A DNA stretch of 64,000 nt from Macrostomum hystrix (GCA_950097015.1 CATNEN010000031.1:1302001-1366000); one strand, 5' to 3'. Positions 28,250 through 41,890 are shown, numbered from the stretch's first letter. Numbers and translations: made by a program. The notes: generated from the sequence alone by a model not told the origin.

Positions 28250-28930
28250 TTTTGATTATCCGATGAGAGTATTGGTAATCCGATGAGATTATTGATAATC
28301 CGATGATATTATTGATAATCCGATAAGATTATTGATAATCCGATGAGATAATTGATAATCCGATGATATTATTGATAATCCGATAAGATTTTTGATAATC
28401 CGTTGAGATTATTGGTAATCCGATGAGATTATTGGTAATCCGATAAGATTATTGATAATCCGATGACATTATTGATAATCCGATGAGATTATTGGTAATC
28501 CGATAAGATTATTGATAATCCGATGACATTATTGATAATCCGATGAGATTATTGGTAATCCGATGAGATTATCGATAATCCGATAAGATTATTGATAATC
28601 CGATGAGATTATTGGTAATCCGATAAGATTATTGATAATCCGATGACATTATTGGTAATCCGATAAGATTATTGATAATCCGATGACATTATTGATAATC
28701 CGATAAGATTATTGATAATCCGATGAGATAATTGATAATCCGATGATATTATTGATAATCCGATAAGATTTTTGATAAGCCGATGAGATTATTGGTAATC
28801 CGATGAGATTATTGATAATCCGATGATATTATTGGTAATCCGATAAGATTATTGATAATCCGATGACATTATTGATAATCCGATGAGATTATTGGTAATC
28901 CGATGAGATTGTTGATAATCCAATGAGATA
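28250..28930. repeat. 20-bp minisatellite (TCCGATGAGATTATTGATAA)n
   Basis: Direct tandem units. Confidence 0.95.
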
Positions 28931-29654
28931 ATTAGTTAGATTCACTGTGAATTATTTCAATAAAAACTTCTCAACCGGGATTGTTGATCATCTTAAGGCA
29001 CTATTGGAAATGTGGGGTAATTCTCAATCTACCGTATTTATTAATAATCTGAATTGATTATTTTTAATCAAAGCAATATTGATAATCTCATGAATATGTT
29101 TGGAATCTAAACGGGTTATTGATCATCTTTGGTGGACAATCCTCGTATGATGTTTGTCTGATGGAATCACTGATCATCAAGGAGAATTTTTATATCAAGA
29201 GGGGTTATTAAAACATTTTTATCGTGAGAATAATGGCTTAATTTGTTTCTGTGACGATTTTTTTGTTTCAGCAATTCCGATTCTCGTTGCATATTTAAAT
29301 AAGCAAAGAATTTGCTTTTTTGCACAATGTAATCTCAAAATCTGTTTCTGCAAACGCGTAGTTATTGTTCTGATCAGAATTTTTCTTTTTTTCGTCCGCT
29401 TTGCTTTTGGTGCTTAAGCCACTTACTGTAGATTGTAAAAGTATTGACACTGGAATGTCTGAAACAGCTGCACTTTTCAATATAAGCAGAAATGTAATAT
29501 ATGCTCGATTTTTCTTTTAGCACGAGTCGACAGCTCGTAATAAAAGCTTATTCATTGTTTGCGATAAGCTAATCAATCACCTTACACGATAGTCTGCTTC
29601 TGTGTTATTTGCTTTAGGTTTTTGGTGTTGGCAAATTTAGGCACATTGTTGATT

Positions 29655-30962
29655 GGGGAGACAGCAAAGGTACACTCAACTGGGAGACACCGGAGGTACA
29701 CTCAACTGGGAGACAGCGAAGGTACACTCAACTGGGAGACACCGGAGGTACACTCAACTGGGAGACAGCGGATGTAGACTCAACTGGGAGACAGCGGATG
29801 TAGACTCAACTGGGAGACAGCGGAGGTAGACTCAACTGGGAGACAGCGGAGGTACACTCAACTGGGAGACACCGGAGGTACACTCAACTGGGAGACAGCG
29901 GAGGTACACTCAACTGGGAGACAGCGGAGGTACACTCAACTGGGAGACAGCGGATGTAGACTCAACTGGGAGACAGCGGATGTAGACTCAACTAGGAGAC
30001 AGCGGAGGTAGACTCAACTAGGGAGACAGCGGAGGTAGACTCAACTAGGGAGACAGCGGAGGTAGACTCAACTAGGGAGACAGCGGAGGTAGACTCAACT
30101 GGGAGACAGCGGAGGTACACTCAACTGGGAGACAGCGGAGGTACACTCAACTGGGAGACAGCGGAAGTACACTCAACTGGGAGACAGCGGAGGTAGACTC
30201 AACTGGGAGACAGCGGAGGTAGACTCAACTGGGAGACAGCGGATGTAGACTCAACTGGGAGACAGCGGATGTAGACTCAACTAGGGAGACAGCGGATGTA
30301 GACTCAACTGGGGAGACAGCGGATGTAGACTCAACTGGGAGACAGCGGATGTAGACTCAACTAGGGAGACAGCGGATGTAGACTCAACTGGGAGACAGCG
30401 GAGGTACACTCAACTGGGAGACAGCGGAGGTACACTCAACTGGGAGACAGCGGAGGTACACTCAACTGGGAGACAGCGGAGGTACACTCAACTGGGAGAC
30501 AGCGGAGGTACACTCAACTGGGAGACAGCGGAGGTACACTCAACTGGGAGACAGCGGATGTAGACTCAACTGGGAGACAGCGGATGTAGACTCAACTGGG
30601 AGACAGCGGAGGTACACTCAACTGGGAGACAGCGGAGGTACACTCAACTGGGAGACAGCGGAGGTACACTCAACTGGGAGACAGCGGAGGTACACTCAAC
30701 TGGGAGACAGCGGATGTAGACTCAACTGGGAGACAGCGGATGTAGACTCAACTGGGAGACAGCGGAGGTAGACTCAACTAGGGAGACAGCGGAGGTAGAC
30801 TCAACTAGGGAGACAGCGGAGGTAGACTTAACTGGGAGACAGATGAGGTAGACAACTAAGGAGACAGCGGAGGTAGACTCAACTAGGGAGACAGCGGAGG
30901 TAGACTCAACTTGGAAGACAGCGGAGTTAGACTCAACTAGGGAGACAGCGGGGGTAGACTCA
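29655..30962 (+). repeat. 26-bp minisatellite (CGGAGGTAGACTCAACTGGGAGACAG)n
   Basis: Direct tandem units; reverse complement of the 32860-33405 array. Confidence 0.96.
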
Positions 30963-31329
30963 ATTGTTGAGGTTAGCATTGTGCCTAATCAGACAATCTT
31001 CAATGCCATTAAGCGCTATGCAGCACGTTTATTTAGGATCTAAGAGAATGACTGTCAGCCAAACAAAAGCAAGTTTTAAACTTCTATTTCGATTAGACAC
31101 TGTCGATTGTGTTTACTGTTGCCCTTGCCAACCATATTGTCATGCATCTTGTCTTGATCACGCGCAAAGGCCATGGAAGCTTCTAGCTTTTACTTTGTCG
31201 CTTTTGTCTTCTTGTCGTGAATAGTCTAAATTATATTCATATTCAATTCCTCATTCTTGCTGTCATTCAATAGTGCTTCTCAATAAACATGTGACTCATG
31301 TTTAAATGCCATATGATGGGCAGTGCATG

Positions 31330-32860
31330 GCTGAGTATACCTCAGCTGTCTACTCGACTGAGTATACCTCAGCTGTTTACTCGACTGAGTATACCTCAGC
31401 TGTCTACTCGACTGAGTATACCTCAGTTGTCTACTCGACTGAGTATACCTCAGCTGTTTACTCGACTGAGTATACCTCAGCTGTCTACTCGGCTGAGTAT
31501 ACCTCAGTTGTCTACTCGACTGAGTATACCTCAGCTGTTTACTCGACTGAGTATACCTCAGCTGTTTACTCGACTGAGTATACCTCAGCTGTCTACTCGA
31601 CTGAGTATACCTCAGCTGTTTACTCGACTGAGTATACCTCAGCTGTCTACTCGGCTGAGTATACCTCAGTTGTCTACTCGACTGAGTATACCTCAGCTGT
31701 TTACTCGACTGAGTATACCTCAGCTGTTTACTCGACTGAGTATACCTCAGCTGTCTACTCGACTGAGTATACCTCAGCTGTTTACTCGACTGAGTATACC
31801 TCAGCTGTCTACTCGACTGAGTATACCTCAGCTGTTTACTCGACTGAGTATACCTCAGCTATCTACTCGACTTAGTATACCTCAGCTGTTTACTCGACTG
31901 AGTATACCTCAGCTGTCTACTCGACTGAGTATACCTCAGCTGTTTACTCGACTGAGTATACCTCAGCTGTCTACTCGACTGAGTATACCTCAGCTGTCTA
32001 CTCGACTGAGTATACCTCAGCTGTCTACTCGACTGAGTATACCTCAGCTGTTTACTCGACTGAGTATACCTCAGCTGTCTACTCGACTGAGTATACCTCA
32101 GCTATCTACTGGACTGAGTATACCTCAGCTGTTTACTCGACTGAGTATACCTCAGCTGTCTACTCGACTGAGTATACCTCAGCTGTTTACTCGACTGAGT
32201 ATACCTCAGCTGTCTACTCGACTGAGTATACCTCAGCTGTCTACTCGACTGAGTATACCTCAGCTGTCTACTCGACTGAGTATACCTCAGCTGTTTACTC
32301 GACTGAGTATACCTCAGCTGTCTACTCGACTGAGTATACCTCAGCTGTTTACTCGACTGAGTATACCTCAGCTATCTACTCGACTGAGTATACCTCAGCT
32401 GTTTACTCGACTGAGTATACCTCAGCTGTTTACTCGACTGAGTATACCTCAGCTGTTTACTCGACTGAGTATACTTCAGCTGTTTACTCGACTGAGTATA
32501 CCTCAACTATCTACTCGACTGAGTATACCTCAGCTGTTTACTCGACTGAGTATACCTCAGCTGTCTACTCGACTGAGTATACCTCAGCTGTTTACTCGAC
32601 TGAGTATACCTCAGCTATCTACTCGACTGAGTATACCTCAGCTGTCTACTCGACTGAGTATACCTCAGCTGTCTACTCGACTGAGTATACCTCAGCTGTC
32701 TACTCGACTGAGTATACCTCAGCTATCTACTCAACTGAGTATACCTCAGCTGTTTACTCGACTGAGTAGACCTCAGCTGTTTACTCGACTGAGTAGACCT
32801 CAGCTGTTTACTCGACTGAGTAGACCTCAGCTGTTTACTCGACTGAGTAGACCTCAGCTG
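31330..32860. repeat. 27-bp minisatellite (GACTGAGTATACCTCAGCTGT[C/T]TACTC)n
   Basis: Direct tandem units; source of the spurious 561-aa ORF. Confidence 0.97.
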
Positions 32861-33405
32861 TCTCCTCAGTCTACCTCCGCTGTCTCCTCAGTCTATCTCC
32901 GCTGTCTCCTCAGTATACCTCCGCTGTCTCCTCAGTCTACCTCCGCTGTCTCCTCAGTCTACCTCCGTTGTCTCTTCCGTTGAGTCTACCTCCGCTGTCT
33001 CCCAGTTGAATCTACCTCCGCTGTCTCCCTAGTTGAATCTACCTCCGCTGTCTCCCAGTTGAATCTACCTCCGCTGTCTCCCTAGTTGAGTCTACCTCCG
33101 CTGTCTCCCAGTTGAATCTACCTCCGCTGTCTCCCTAGTTGAGTCTACCTCCGCTGTCTCCCTAGTTGAGTCTACCTCCGCTGTCTCCCTAGTTGAGTCT
33201 ACCTCCGCTGTCTCCCTAGTTGAGTCTACCTCAGCTGTCTCTCTAGTTGAGTCTACCTCCTCTGTCTCCCTAGTTGAGTCTACCTCAGCTGTCTCTCTAG
33301 TTGAGTCTACCTCCTCTGTCTCCGTAGTTGAGTCTACCTCCGCTGTCTCCCTAGTTGAGTCTACCTCCGCTGTCTCCCAGTTGAATCTACCTCCGCTGTG
33401 TCCCT
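32860..33405 (-). repeat. 26/27-bp minisatellite, inverted relative to 29655-30962
   Basis: (GAGTCTACCTCCGCTGTCTCCCAGTT)n is the reverse complement of the upstream array unit. Confidence 0.95.
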
Positions 33406-33956
33406 AGTGGCTGACATTGTTTGAATGTCATGACAATTGCTCTGTGTGTGTCTGAATGTCGGGGTTTTATCTCGTATCTATAGGGGGAAGGGATGGTTTT
33501 GTTTTCTGTCTGCAGCCACACCAGAGCTGAGTGGCGTTAAAATAAGAAAATAATTTGAGTGATTAAATCAAGCACTATATTCTTCCCATTTTTTGAGGCA
33601 AAATCAATTTCAAAATTAAAATTTTCAATGTGCAAAATCGCTGAGCAGACTTACTGGCTTGAAAATGTGTTGCTAAAAATAGCCACACATGGCTTCCTTA
33701 ACTACTAGTTTATAATAGGAGCCATGGTGCATACTGTATTACCCTGGTTCTAAATTTAGCGTGGAAAACATTTGCTAGCTTGACTTGTTATATATTTAAT
33801 CATTGCATGAAATCACGACAAAAACCTATTTGTAAAAAAGTTTGTTCCACCATTGTTTACGTGCTATTCCTTACCACATAAATGAATCCTTAGTAGAGTT
33901 CTTAACTACAGACAACTGGGAACATTGGATTGGATTATTGGGATCCGGGTGGGTGC

Positions 33957-34187
33957 TCAATGATCCGTGGCCTCTTGAGCAGCCAAACCTGAGCGACACA
34001 CACAGGCAAACGCTTGTCTTGGCCTCCTATTCTGGCGGATGAATTCTAAGATTCTGGCCAGGATTGGATAGGAGCGGAGGAACGGCAGGAATTCCGTGCC
34101 GGCGATAAGGATCTCTGCTTTGAGTCCGTTATTTCCAACACAAGACACTTCCCTGTCCCCGCCTCCTTCATCTTCTTCATCATGCAT
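33957..34187 (-). CDS. Possible first coding exon of an unidentified gene divergent from the 35841 gene
   Basis: ATG ORF of 76 aa in non-repetitive GC-balanced sequence; no recognised motif. Confidence 0.25.
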   Translation of the reverse strand: MHDEEDEGGGDREVSCVGNNGLKAEILIAGTEFLPFLRSYPILARILEFIRQNRRPRQAFACVCRSGLAAQEATDH

Positions 34188-35039
34188 AAAATCCCACTGG
34201 AAAGCCTGGGATCAGCTGATTGGTTGCCAATAGCAACCGAGATACACACTGGGCCAAAAATCGTATGCAATCAGTTTTTGGCCGGTCAGCCAGTGGGGTG
34301 GCTGTCGCGGACGAGAAAGAACGGTAGCGAAATGGAGAAGGGGATTAGGGAGTGGGCAGGTTGCTGTGGCAGCGGAGATTCAGAGCGACAGAACGACAGA
34401 CAGACAGTCGGACAGACAGACAGACAGACAGACAGACTTGCAGGAACAGGCGCGGAGGTTAGGGAGAAGTGAGGCGCACCCGGGAATCGATTTTTCTGGC
34501 ACAGCTGAGCGCGCAACGGGGGGTTGGGACAGGTGAGACTGACCCGGGCAGGGGAAGAAACTGAGTTACAGGGAGGCGGGTGGTTAGTGCAGGCGGAGTT
34601 TGGGGCATACTGTACATCCACATATGTTGGGAGTGAGTTTGTGTAGTAGAATTTTGAGCTGATCTCGTCCCTCTGTCTTCGCGGACCAATCTCATTGCTG
34701 CTTCAATTTCCTTCCCCTCTCAAACACGCGCGAGCGGGCGTCGAAAATTCTTTTTCTAACCTAAAAGTATTTCTAAAGAGATATTATTTTAAAAAATCGG
34801 CCGCTTTCACATCCGAAACAGCCAAGTCAAACAGCTCGGACGGATTCAGCTGACCAACAAACCAGGTTGCGAATCAGATTTAACTAGTTTGTAGAAACCA
34901 GTCAGTCAGGCGGGACGGTGGAGGGTCGCTTCAGCTGACCTGTGATTGAGGTGAGCTCTTGTCTCCCGGACTCAAAGACCCTCTGCCCCTGAAATCCTCT
35001 GAAACCCCTGCGTCCTAGAAACTCTCAATTCCAGAAACC

Positions 35040-35765
35040 CTCCATCTCTGAAACCATGAGCCCATGAAACCCTCAGCCCCAGAAACTCTCAACCCCTGAA
35101 ACCCTGTTTCTTACACCGTCCCTGAAACCCTCTGGCACTGAAACCCTCCGTATCTTACACCGTCCCTGAAACTCTCTGGCACTGAAACCCTCCGTATCTT
35201 ACACCGTCCCTGAAACTCTCTGGCACTGAAACCCTCCGTATCTTACACCGTCCCTGAAACTCTCTGGCACTGAAACCCTCCGTATCTTACACCGTCCCTG
35301 AAACTCTCTGGCACTGAAACCCTCCGTATCTTACACCGTCCCTGAAACTCTCTGGCACTGAAACCCTCCGTATCTTACACCGTCCCTGAAACTCTCTGGC
35401 ACTGAAACCCTCCGTATCTTACACCATCCCCTGAAACCCTCCGTATCTTACACCATCCCCTGAAACCCTCTGTATCTTACATGATCTCCTGAAACCCTCC
35501 GTATCTTACATGATCTCCTGAAACCCTCCGTATCTTACACCATCCCCTGAAACCCTCTGTATCTTACATGATCTCCTGAAACCCTCCGTATCTTACATGA
35601 TCTCCTGAAACCCTCCGTTTCTTACACCGTCCCCTGAAACCCTCCGTTTTTTTTCACCGTCCCTGAAACCCTCTGTCTCTTACACCGTCCCCTAAAACCT
35701 TCCGTCCCTGAAACCCTCCGTCTCTGAAACTTTCCTTGAGACCCTGAGCCTCTAAAGCTCTCAGG
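35040..35765. repeat. Compound 44-bp / 28-29-bp minisatellite (CTGAAACCCTCCGTATCTTACACC...)n
   Basis: Direct tandem units in a probable 5'UTR intron (donor GAG|GTGAGC near 34951; acceptor TTCTTAG| near 35802). Confidence 0.92.
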
Positions 35766-35840
35766 CCCTGAAACCCCAATGACTTCCTCAATTAATTTCT
35801 TAGGCAGAGACGGCGTGGTGACCAGCCAGCGGAGAGTTTA

Positions 35841-36514
35841 ATGCACCGATCATCAGCTCCGCCACAGAGCCTCTGCAGCCAGCAGCAGCAGCAGCAGCAG
35901 CAGAAGCCGCAATGGCCGGCCCTGGAGCTGTTATCCTCGCCTGTGCAGTCAAACTCCTCACCTCAACAGCTTCGCCGACTGCGTACACCGTCTGGCGACT
36001 CGCTGTTGCAGCAGCAACAGCAGCAGCAGCTGCTGCGACAATGTATCGAGTTTGACGATTCAGCTGGAGGCATCGCCGCGACCGCCTCCATTGTCGCAGT
36101 CGACAGCGGCAACGTCAGCAGCCGGTCTCCCAGTCCGCCGAAGAAAGTGCCAGAAGCCGCCGCCGCCGCGGCTGCCGTTGCCGCAGTAGCCGCCGCGTGC
36201 GCTGGTGGTGCGGCTCGGCCGCCGACGCTGAGCCGCAGCAACCGCGGTGGCAGCCTCCGCGGCAGCCCTGTGCTGCGGGTGCTGCCGGACAGGGCGCTAC
36301 CCAGCAAGGCCAACAGCAGTGAGAGTCTGAGCAGCGCCTCGGATCTTTCCAGCCTGACTTCGCTGGTGCAGCGCAAGCGGCAGGAAAGTCCGGAGCCGCA
36401 GACGCCGCTGATGCCGCCGACTATTAGCAGGGTCAGCGTCCGGCCAGCTGGCGGCCCGTCAGGACAATCGCAGGAGTCCGAGGACTCGTCTGAGTCGCCT
36501 GCCGAGGATTTACA

Positions 36515-36549
<35 letters not shown>

Positions 36550-36611
36550 GTCCCAGTGACTGCTCTGACAACCAAGGTCAGAGCAGCATGTGCCTGGAAT
36601 TTCTCATGCTG
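35841..36611 (+). CDS. Low-complexity (Q/S/A-rich) protein, exon 1
   Basis: ATG 35841, GC-rich coding style, donor CTG|GTGAGT at 36611 in phase 0. Confidence 0.65.
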
Positions 36612-37454
36612 GTGAGTTTGATTCTGATTTTTCTGGTCTGTTTCGCACTCGCTGAACCCAGCCGATCTTTCATGCAGCTGCAGTTTTTCTTATTCGACAA
36701 AAGTACAAAGCTCTAGAAGAGCGTTGGTAGCGCGGAGCAAAAAAAATTGCCTCAGGAATTCAAACTATTTCCAGCCCCCGTGTCGAGGGAAAAAACTTTC
36801 CATTTAGACTTGTGTTCCCAATTCCATGAAATTAGATGACAATATGCTTCGTACACCAATCAACAAGTGAGTTAAGCCGCAAACTACACTTTGCCTGCAC
36901 TGGTCCTGCAGAAATAGCAAATAAATAATGCAGACACGCTTGCTATTGCGGCCTCGCTGAAAAAAGCGAAACTTTTGGAATGAGAAACAAATGACTCTAG
37001 CTTTCACAGACTGCTGAAAAATTGCGCGTTGAGAGGTTGGGAAACCTGAGTTGATTGATTTCTGGCACCTTAAAAGCTATTGTCCAGAGCTGTGTGGCCT
37101 AGTGTTTGCTGTCCAGGCGCCACTGGCAACAGAAATGGACCCGAGGCTGTGCGAGAATATTAGAAAACAATGGGAAACAGCTGACAGATATGACTGACCA
37201 GTTAAGGTGCTGCAGCGTTGCTAAATCCAGGGTTGCAACCAATTTTTGATTGATTGAATTGACATGCATAGTGAGTATTGGCCCGACCACCCCATGGAGA
37301 CTGTCAGAGCCATCAAGAGCCATTATCAAATGATAGAACTATTATTGACAATGCTCACGGCATAACTCAGAAAATATTAGCTGCGCCACGTATTGTCACT
37401 TCTACTGAATCCAATCGTGTCTAAATTTGACATCTGAATTGATAGGAAATCATC

Positions 37455-37850
37455 TCTCCTGTCTCATCTCTCCCGTGTCTCATCGCTCCCGTGTCTCATC
37501 TCTCCCGTGGACATCTCTTCGCTGTCTCATCGCTCCTCTGTCTCAGCTCTCCCCTGTCTCACCCCTCCCCTGTTTCATTCCCTCCCCTGTCTCATCTCTC
37601 CGCTGTCTCATCGCTCCTCTGTCTCATCTCTCCCGTGTCTCATCTCTCCCGTGTCTCATCGCTCCCGTGTCTCATCTCTCCGCTGTCTCATCGCTCCTCT
37701 GTCTCATCTCTCCCGTGTCTCATCTCTCCCGTGTCTCATCGCTCCCGTGTCTCATCTCTCCCCTGTCTCATCTCTCCGCTGTCTCATCTCTCCGGTGTCT
37801 CATCTCTCCCGTGTCTCATCCCTCTCCTGTCTCATCTCTCCAATGTTTCA
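37455..37850. repeat. 15-16-bp CT-rich minisatellite (GTCTCATC[T/G]CTCCC[G/C]T)n
   Basis: Direct tandem units, intronic. Confidence 0.92.
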
Positions 37851-37979
37851 TCTCTTCTCTATAACATTTCTTCCTGTCTAACCTCTCCTTTGTCTGATCT
37901 CTCGCAATCTCATTTCTTATGATTGCCATCTGTCTCTCCCATCCCATATGCAATTCGACTCGATGCCATGGTAACGCAG

Positions 37980-38057
37980 GATGCGCAGTCTCGCACGGCG
38001 CCCCAGATTCGTCAGCCAAGTGCCAGGCCAGTAAAGAGTGACCATCAGCAGCAACAA

Positions 38058-38092
<35 letters not shown>

Positions 38093-38299
38093 ACAAGACA
38101 ATCGTCAAGGCCTTGGCAGCAGCCCGCCCAAAGCTGTCTCCTTCAATCTCAACCACGAGGTCAACATGTTCGAGAAGGAGGAGTCGAGTGACCACCGCAG
38201 GCGGAGGTCGCATCATCACCATCATCAGCAACATCAGCAGCAGCAGCCGCACAGCAAGAATTGGATGCCAGTTGGAAGTGACTACCGTCTCAGTGACAG
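37980..38299 (+). CDS. Low-complexity protein, exon 2
   Basis: Acceptor ACGCAG|GAT in phase 0; donor AG|GTGAGA in phase 2. Confidence 0.65.
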
Positions 38300-38350
38300 G
38301 TGAGACACGTCCTTGAGTTTTTTGTTTAATTAGACAACGAAATATTCCAT

Positions 38351-38535
38351 TAGTGCGGGGGTTTGTGTGGCAGAGCGGTTAACGCGTTTGGCTTGTCGTT
38401 CAATTTACGCCCTTGAGGGCCAACCTCCAAAGTACAGTGAAAGTGTACACTGCCTGACGATGAGAAAGTCACAACTGTGTGAGCGTATGTCTGCGTACCT
38501 GTTATCCGTGTGCGTGTGTGCTCAGGATTCAGCAG
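38351..38535 (+). mobile_element. SINE-like dispersed repeat with tRNA-like 5' head, copy 1
   Basis: Pol III A-box match TGGCAGAGCGG at 38368-38378; the ~140-bp body matches the reverse complement of 45821-45960. Confidence 0.6.
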
Positions 38536-38554
38536 AATAGTCATAAAATGACGT

Positions 38555-39668
38555 GCTGTTAGATAGGGTCCGTTCCTGTTAGATAGGGTCAGTTCCTGTT
38601 AGATAGGGTCAGTTCCTGTTAGATAGGATAAGTTCCTGTTAGATAGGGTCAGTTCCTGTTAGATAGGGTCAGTTCCTGTTAGATAGGATAAGTTCCTGTT
38701 AGATAGGTCAGTTACTGTTAGATAGGATAAGTTCCTGTTAGATAGGGTCAGTTCCTGTTAGATAGGATAAGTTCCTGTTAGATGGGGTCAGTTCCTGTTA
38801 GATAGGGTCAGTTCCTGTTAGATAGGGTCAGTTCCTGTTAGATAGGATAAGTTCCTGTTAGATAGGGTCAGTTCCTGTTAGATAGCGTCAGTTCCTGTTA
38901 GATAGGGTCAGTTCCTGTTAGATAGGATAAGTTCCTGTTAGATAGGTCAGTTACTGTTAGATAGGATAAGTTCCTGTTAGATAGGGTCAGTTCCTGTTAG
39001 ATAGGATAAGTTCCTGTTAGATAGGGTCAGTTCCTGTTAGATAGCGTCAGTTCCTGTTAGATAGGGTCAGTTCCTGTTAGATAGGATAAGTTCCTGTTAG
39101 ATAGGTCAGTTACTGTTAGATAGGATAAGTTCCTGTTAGATAGGGTCAGTTCCTGTTAGATAGGATAAGTTCCTGTTAGATGGGGTCAGTTCCTGTTAGA
39201 TAGGATAAGTTCCTGTTAGATAGGGTCAGTTCCTGTTAGATAGCGTCAGTTCCTGTTAGATAGGGTCAGTTCCTGTTAGATAGGGTCAGTTCCTGTTAGA
39301 TAGGTCAGTTCCTGTTAGATAGGGTCAGTTCCTGTTAGATAGGATAAGTTCCTGTTAGATAGGGTCAGTTCCTGTTAGATAGGATAAGTTCCTGTTAGAT
39401 AGGGTCAGTTCCTGTTAGATAGGATAAGTTCCTGTTAGATAGGATAAGTTCCTGTTAGATAGGATAAGTTCCTGTTAGATAGGGTCAGTTCCTGTTAGAT
39501 AGGATAAGTTCCTGTTAGATAGGGTCAGTTCCTGTTAGATAGCGTCAGTTCCTGTTAGATAGGGTCAGTTCCTGTTAGATAGGATAAGTTCCTGTTAGAT
39601 AGGGTCAGTTCCTGTTAGATAGGATAAGTTCCTGTTAGATAGGGTCAGTTCCTGTTAGATAGGGTCAG
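38555..39668. repeat. 20-bp minisatellite (GTTCCTGTTAGATAGG[GTC/ATA]A)n
   Basis: Direct tandem units with two alternating variants. Confidence 0.97.
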
Positions 39669-39743
39669 TGCCGGCTACACAGAGTTCCTGTCGACGATGA
39701 GTTCAATTCCTATTAGACAGAGTCGATTTCTTTTCATTTGCAG

Positions 39744-39945
39744 CAGTCTTGTTGAAGTTCACACCGCTCTGATAGACGCCATGCTGAAGACGGTGAAGAA
39801 GCAGCTGGACTGTCTCAGTCTGGTGAAGGAGGGCCAAATCAGCACGGAGCACTACCGGGACATCATGAAGACTCTGCTGGCAAAGCAGACGAAGACAATC
39901 CAGCAGATTCTAGACGCTATTCAGTACAATGAGAAGTACTCTTGA
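39744..39945 (+). CDS. Low-complexity protein, last exon (helical C-terminal domain)
   Basis: Acceptor TTGCAG|C; phase 2 matches exon 2 (AG+C = Ser); stop TGA at 39943-39945. Confidence 0.7.
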
Positions 39946-41736
39946 GGTCCGTAAGAAGTGATCTTCCTGGATTATGTCTGTCATTTTCATCGCAACAGTG
40001 TCTAAGACACTGAGATTCGAACTCCCGACCCTGAGTTAGAATTAGTCCTAATCTCTACCCCCGTGATTATGGTTATGCAAGCTGCTGCAGCAAGCAGTTG
40101 TGCAATGTGCAAGGTAAAATTTGTGACTCTAATTTTCGAAATAAAACTAGGAGAATAATTTTAGAGTTTCAGCAGATGATCGAAATGTTTAGTTTTATAT
40201 TTGAAAAATGTGAACTTTTGTCCTTTTTCATTAGCTTTATTATTATTTGTTATATTTGGTTTAAAAAGAATCGAAATCCTGGTCCTCCACGGAACAATTG
40301 AAAACAATAAAGGCTTGAGTGTACGTTCGATTCAATGCAAATCGAGAAGTCGTTCTTTATTTGAAAATCATTAAGAACGATTTTACGGCTTATACAGCAC
40401 TATGCACGAATTTGTATTTGATATTTCGACAATGTCGTTATTCCAGAACATCTGCCGGATAATTAAGCAGTCTTTTTCCACGCTTTCAATTTTTAGTTTT
40501 CCCATATTTTACTTAAGACAGATTTACATTTTTTGTCTAAAAAGTAGTTTCTTTCGAATTTCGGTAAAAGTTTATGACAACTTTCGAAATATGATAGTGA
40601 TGGGATTAAAACCAAGATGTATAATGTCCATTAGCGTAACAAAATAACAACATCATTTTCTTATCGCGACGTGCCTTTCGTTCATTCAATTGCTGTTATA
40701 CAGGCTTTATAATTTGTCCATTATAATGAGCGTATTGCATATACGTTCCTACTTGATTCAACCTGCTTTGATGTCTATAATCAAAACATTCTATATACTG
40801 CTGTTAACATTTTCGATGGCACACACTTAGATCAGTCTGCTGCAATCAATATTTTTGTTATACTTTTGTTTTATTGTAAAATTTTGTAAACACATGTCCA
40901 TGTGTACGTTGTTAATTAGAATTTATTATTATTATTTATGTTTGATAATTTCTTTTACATGTCCGATCCGATGGCTTTACACTCCATTCTTATTGTTCTC
41001 CATGCGACTTTGTGGCAATACATTAATTATTCTTTTTAACACGTTTTTAATATTAATAAGTCATTATACTTACACAGCGCCATGCAAGACAGGAACTGTG
41101 AACTACGTAAACAGTACAACGTATAAAATAGTTCATCAAGAAACAAATTCGCGTGCTCTTAATCACGAAAAAGTGACTCTTCAAAGGCTATTTTTACACA
41201 TGGTAGATACGCACATAAAAGGAATTATAATTACGAAGAAATCAAGCTTTTGTAGGTTAATCAGGGGAAGATTATATCTACATCATGGACGTCGAGTCAA
41301 TACGAATCGAGAGTGATTGTGTGATCGTTTGTCGGCTTAGTTTTTTTATATAGACCTTGACGTAATTAATAAATGTATATCAATAAATTCCAATGATTAG
41401 TCTTGAAATGTGAAGAGTGAAATCTATACAATTTTTAAGCCGGAATTATCTATAGCAGTTTGATGAAAATGACGGGTACTTTTAATCGTTATTGATAAAT
41501 AAAAAAATAAGATACACAAGTCTCAAAAGTTTTTTTATATAGCAAACTATAGTTTTGTTTATAATAAATAGTAGGCGAAAATTTCTAAGAATTAGGTTTA
41601 TCTCTTTGAGTAGATTTGTTTCAACATATAACCAGCGTCGTACACACATTTGACTGATCACAAAGCGACAATTAATAGACGGTTAAACACGGTTTAACAC
41701 GTACCCATTAAACACGTAGCTCACATAAAGTAATCT

Positions 41737-41890
41737 CAGGGGCGTGGCCTGGATTTTTTGTGGATATTGGTTTTGGTTGTATCCAGCGTAGCCAGAAAAA
41801 AACAATTAATTCATTTCTTTCGAAGAAACTGAATGCGAAAAAAATTGAAGCATCAAATTTTGGGGGTATCGGCCCCTCGCTACGCCACTG
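41737..41890. mobile_element. Non-autonomous hAT-type MITE (154 bp)
   Basis: TIRs CAGGGGCGTGGC / GCTACGCCACTG (10/12 match) flanked by 8-bp near-TSD AGTAATCT / AGTAGTCT. Confidence 0.7.

Noticed and set aside
31298-32983. 561-aa ORF and other repeat-encoded ORFs (e.g. 186-948, 8206-8916, 42982-43830, 50609-51249, 52811-53599, 53827-54435, 55174-56222)
   Set aside because: Stop-free frames arising from tandem units; most lie in introns delimited by consistent splice sites
39995-40065. tRNA gene on the minus strand (GGAGTTCGAATCTC B box); similar tRNA-like stretch near 2380-2445
   Set aside because: No convincing A box or complete cloverleaf; at most degenerate SINE-like remnants
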